64,000 nt of DNA from Dictyostelium fasciculatum. Its lineage: Eukaryota. Of this stretch, positions 60,976 to 64,000 are shown one piece after another; position 1 is the first letter of the stretch; each line of letters begins with the position of its first letter. The stretch covers positions 3,122,354-3,186,353 of the forward strand of contig NW_004457624.1 of assembly GCF_000203815.1 (NCBI RefSeq), given 5' to 3'. Position numbers and translations under genes: made by a program. A model generated the notes under the pieces. That model was not told the DNA's origin. It saw only the letters and a list, made by a program, of their open reading frames with translations, and searched no databases.

Positions 60976-61117
60976 ATGAAACAAACAATAAAATTAAATA
61001 AATTAAAACTATTATAGTTAAAATACATATATTTTAATTAATTTATACACCACCCATGTATCCATCCTAGTGATGACTTTTTGATTGATTGGTTATCTAT
61101 CTATTTATTATTTACAT

Positions 61118-63959
61118 TTATTGTTTTTTAACCTTTTTTCTAGTGCTTTTACTTTGACTATCTTCTTCTACGATATATTCATCACCAATTTGAGGTTTTG
61201 GTTTTGGTCTTGTCATATTTCTTTCTTTTGGTAAACCAACCAATTTAGGAGGTTTAAAGGTTTTAAAGAGTGTGGGAATGGGTGTTTGTTTGAATTGTAC
61301 GTCAAACTCTGATTTGAACTGCGTGGTAAAAGTGGCCGACGAAGAGGGATTGGTGGCGGCAATGTAAAAGGCGTGATCGTTGAGATAGGGATAGGCACCA
61401 ACAGTGGCTTCGGTACGTTTGCAAGGTGGGATAAAATATTTAAAGTATTTGTGGTAGACTGTGAGAATGTCTGCTGCTGTGACCTTTTGGAACCGGGCCA
61501 ATAGGTTAATGTCAGAGTCTAGTGAGGGTAGTCCCTTAAAGAGTGACATGTGAGCCTCGTAGATAACCTCGGATGGTGTTGTCTTTGTTGAATAAAAGTC
61601 ATAGACTTCGGTAGAGACAGTGGTCTCGAGTTCATAGGGTGCTGCCAACTCGTTGATCTTGGCGGGCAACTCTATGAGGAACTTGTGGAAACACTCTAGT
61701 GCTTTGACCGGGTTGGTTGCATCGGTGATTGAGAAGCTGATAATCGACTTGGTCGTGTCGATGGTAAGGCTGTTGCCATAGGCATAGCCCTTGCTACGGA
61801 TCTCTCCTTCCTTGGAATGGAAGAGATCGCATAGTAGTGCCGACGGCGCATAGTCGGCGTGTACGAGTTTAATTGGGAAATCAACCATCTGTGTCATGTT
61901 GTTGGTTTCGGAACTCTTAATCTCGACTTGATGAGCGACGGTGGTTGCGGGGATACGCACAGGGTGTCTTGCGAGTGGACTGAAAAACTCGATCTGTCCT
62001 GGAAGACGGTTGTCACCCGTATGCTCATAATAGCGACGCACGTCAGACAATGAACCAATGACTGCGTGTTGAGCGACCTGCTCCTTCCACACCTTTGTAA
62101 AGATGGTATTGATTGTTTCAAATGGCATTGATGGTGTGTATGCAATCTGCACAAACATCTTGTACGGGTTGGACAACATGTGTTGTTGGATACCAAGAAT
62201 ATTGGCAACGATCTGTGCCAACGGCTCTTCCTTGTCTTGTTTGAGTTGTGCTTTGAGATGTGTCAAGAAATGTTTTTGCTCATAGATTGAGATTTGTCCT
62301 TCATTGCTGTTTTTTGTGTCTCCAATCAGCTGATACGCCGAATACGACGTGCAAACAGACGAAGAGTCACGACTCGTCTCATTGAGTGACGTCAAGAGGT
62401 TATTAACAACACTGACCAACCTCTTCTTTGTAATATCCATGTTGAACAGACAGTTGGTCATCCAATGTACCAGTTTCTGTACGCCCTGTTCGGTTGGTTC
62501 GCATGTACCAACCACTCTAAACAACTCGGCGGTCCAACAACTAAACACACCACTTGAAAAGCCGCATCCACCTTCAAGCGAAACTGTCTCTCTTGAGATA
62601 AGCTCGCACACTTCCTTGTAATCGATACGCGTACCATCCTTTGTCACAATGTCTGTCTCAAACAACAAACTGTTGAATATAGTGAGATAAGGTCTGAGAT
62701 GACCTGGCAATTCTTGCAAATAAAAGTATGTATAGATTTGAGGGAATCTAGTGTTGATGCCAACCTTTTGAATGGTCCAATCTTCTGAATATTCATAACC
62801 AACGGTCAATGGAATCATTGGAATATTTTTAATGGGTGGTATAGTGGCAGGCAACTTTGATCTAAACGACTCTGGGAATGATTTGTTACTTTCAATGCAT
62901 GCTTTCAAGTATTCATCCTTTTGTTTGAGACCTTCTTCTTTGAGTTGTAAACATCTTTCAGCAAGACGATTCTTTGTCGATTCACCCATTTCAACGGCCA
63001 ATTGACGATCTGGTACCATGATGGCTTCGACATGATGAGCATTTAAAATGTATCGATCCAACAAATCCACCCAAAAACTACGATCCACATCAACCAACTT
63101 GTCCAAACTTTCAAGCATATCAAATCTAGTTGAAATATCCTTTTTCGTTGCTCTTGCTTCCTCTACCGTCTTTGCATTGTGTGGTGGGAAACAAATATCA
63201 CTCAAAAGTGTACCAAATACCATTCCCATTGGATCTTCTTCATATCCTTCATAAATCTTTACCTTTTCTCTATCAATTGCTTGATTCATCAATTCTTTTC
63301 CTAATCCATTCTCTTTTAATTCATTTAATAATTTAATTAATCTATTATAAATTATATTTGGTTCTCTAAACAAATAAAATAAAAAAAGAAAAGGGTTAAT
63401 AAATAATTAAATTAATAATTAATAAATATTTTTAAAACTTACAAATAATTTTCTTTTTCTTCTTCTTTTTCTTTTTCTTTATCTTGACTAGTTTGTTTTT
63501 CTTCTGTTTCCATTTTAACATTATCTTTTTCTTTTTCTTCTTCTTTTCTTCTTCCTCATCTCCTTCTTCTTCATCTCCTTCTTCCTCATCTCCTTCTTCT
63601 TCTTCTTCTTCACCTTCTCCATCTTCATCATCTTCACTTTCAGTTTCAGATTCAGATTCCTTTTCTTTTTTAAAAGGAACACCAGAAAATTCTATAACCA
63701 ATTTTGTAGATTTAACTTCTTGAACAAAGAATGAGATATTATTTGCAAGGGGAGAGGAGATGTGAACAAATTCTTGTGGAAGAGGGGATGAGGTATTTCC
63801 ATTGAGGTATCGAGTGAGGACAGATAGAGCTGTAAGGGTATGAGTATCTTGAATATGGGGACCTCTCCAACCCATGGTGATGGATCCAACCGATTCATCG
63901 TCACTTGGGAATCGGATAGTTTGTACTTTTGAATCGACGAGTGGTGGGATTTCCTCCAT
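61118..63959 (-). CDS. Peptidase M16 (pitrilysin/PreP-like) family protein, C-terminal part. The last exon is 63365..61118; the preceding exon 63959..63443 continues beyond the window end.
   Basis: Donor TATTT|GTAAGT (rc at 63437..63442) and acceptor TTTGTTTAG|AGAACC give …ENYL|EPNIIYNRLIKLLNELKENG…. The upstream exon has an M16 'inactive-domain'-like motif (…HTLTALSVLTRYLNGNTSSPLPQEFV…) and an acidic tract (ESESETESEDDEDGEGEEEEEEGDEEEGDEEEGDEEEE). The family assignment is tentative. Confidence 0.4.
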
Positions 63960-64000
63960 CCATGGGAGATAGACGGGTGACTTGGCGTCGTGGAAAGGAC

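Noticed and set aside
1-64000. Prokaryotic interpretation (operons, defence islands, CRISPR)
   Set aside because: Spliceosomal introns with GT-AG and branch-like TACTAAC, a eukaryotic tRNA with flanks, retrotransposon integrase, poly-Q/N proteins and AT-rich spacers all point to a eukaryotic (dictyostelid) nuclear locus. TTG starts in the ORF track are artefacts here.

Overview
This window is a eukaryotic nuclear locus, almost certainly from a dictyostelid social amoeba. Intergenic DNA and introns are very AT-rich, and introns are short with GTAAGT/GTATGT donors and (T)nAG acceptors. Several proteins carry poly-Q/N/S/T tracts, and tRNA genes sit next to transposon remnants. Coding GC is higher than in D. 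discoideum, so a non-discoideum dictyostelid is more likely. It is not a prokaryotic operon region. Note that the ORF track uses TTG/GTG as start codons. Many track ORFs are therefore exon pieces whose 'M' is really an internal Leu/Val, and several gene models below are spliced by hand across track ORFs.

The evidence is motif recognition by eye; no searches were run. Protein-coding genes I can support:
- a CLU-domain protein (partial, minus strand);
- a large 4-exon STAND P-loop NTPase with an IPT-like region, a coiled coil, a TIR-like DUF4062 domain and TPR repeats;
- an ankyrin-repeat protein and several secreted Cys-containing proteins;
- a BRCT protein;
- an ANK-BTB-bromodomain-ET protein;
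- a 7-exon Pds5 cohesin regulator;
- a Ubc6/UBE2J-type E2;
- a reticulon (with an apparent 1-nt frameshift);
- mitochondrial ribosomal protein uS5;
- a patatin/cPLA2-like phospholipase, with a rearranged partial duplicate next to it;
- an M16-type peptidase (partial);
- two paralogous 2-3-exon genes of unknown function that share an intron position.

RNA genes:
- tRNA-Ser(CGA) in two inverted copies that share about 100 bp of flank;
- tRNA-Thr(UGU), with an adjacent 5'-half pseudocopy and an 11-bp tandem array next to it.

Repeats and decay:
- LTR-like repeats with a 19-bp terminal inverted repeat;
- a 5'-truncated Ty3/gypsy-like RNaseH-integrase fragment whose 3' LTR folds into a hairpin;
- a polyketide synthase pseudogene tail (MT-ER-KR-ACP);
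- a four-member cluster of a secreted-protein family, of which one copy is intact, one has a single 1-nt deletion, one is badly decayed and one is an inverted fragment; three copies carry a conserved CCAAT-containing upstream element.
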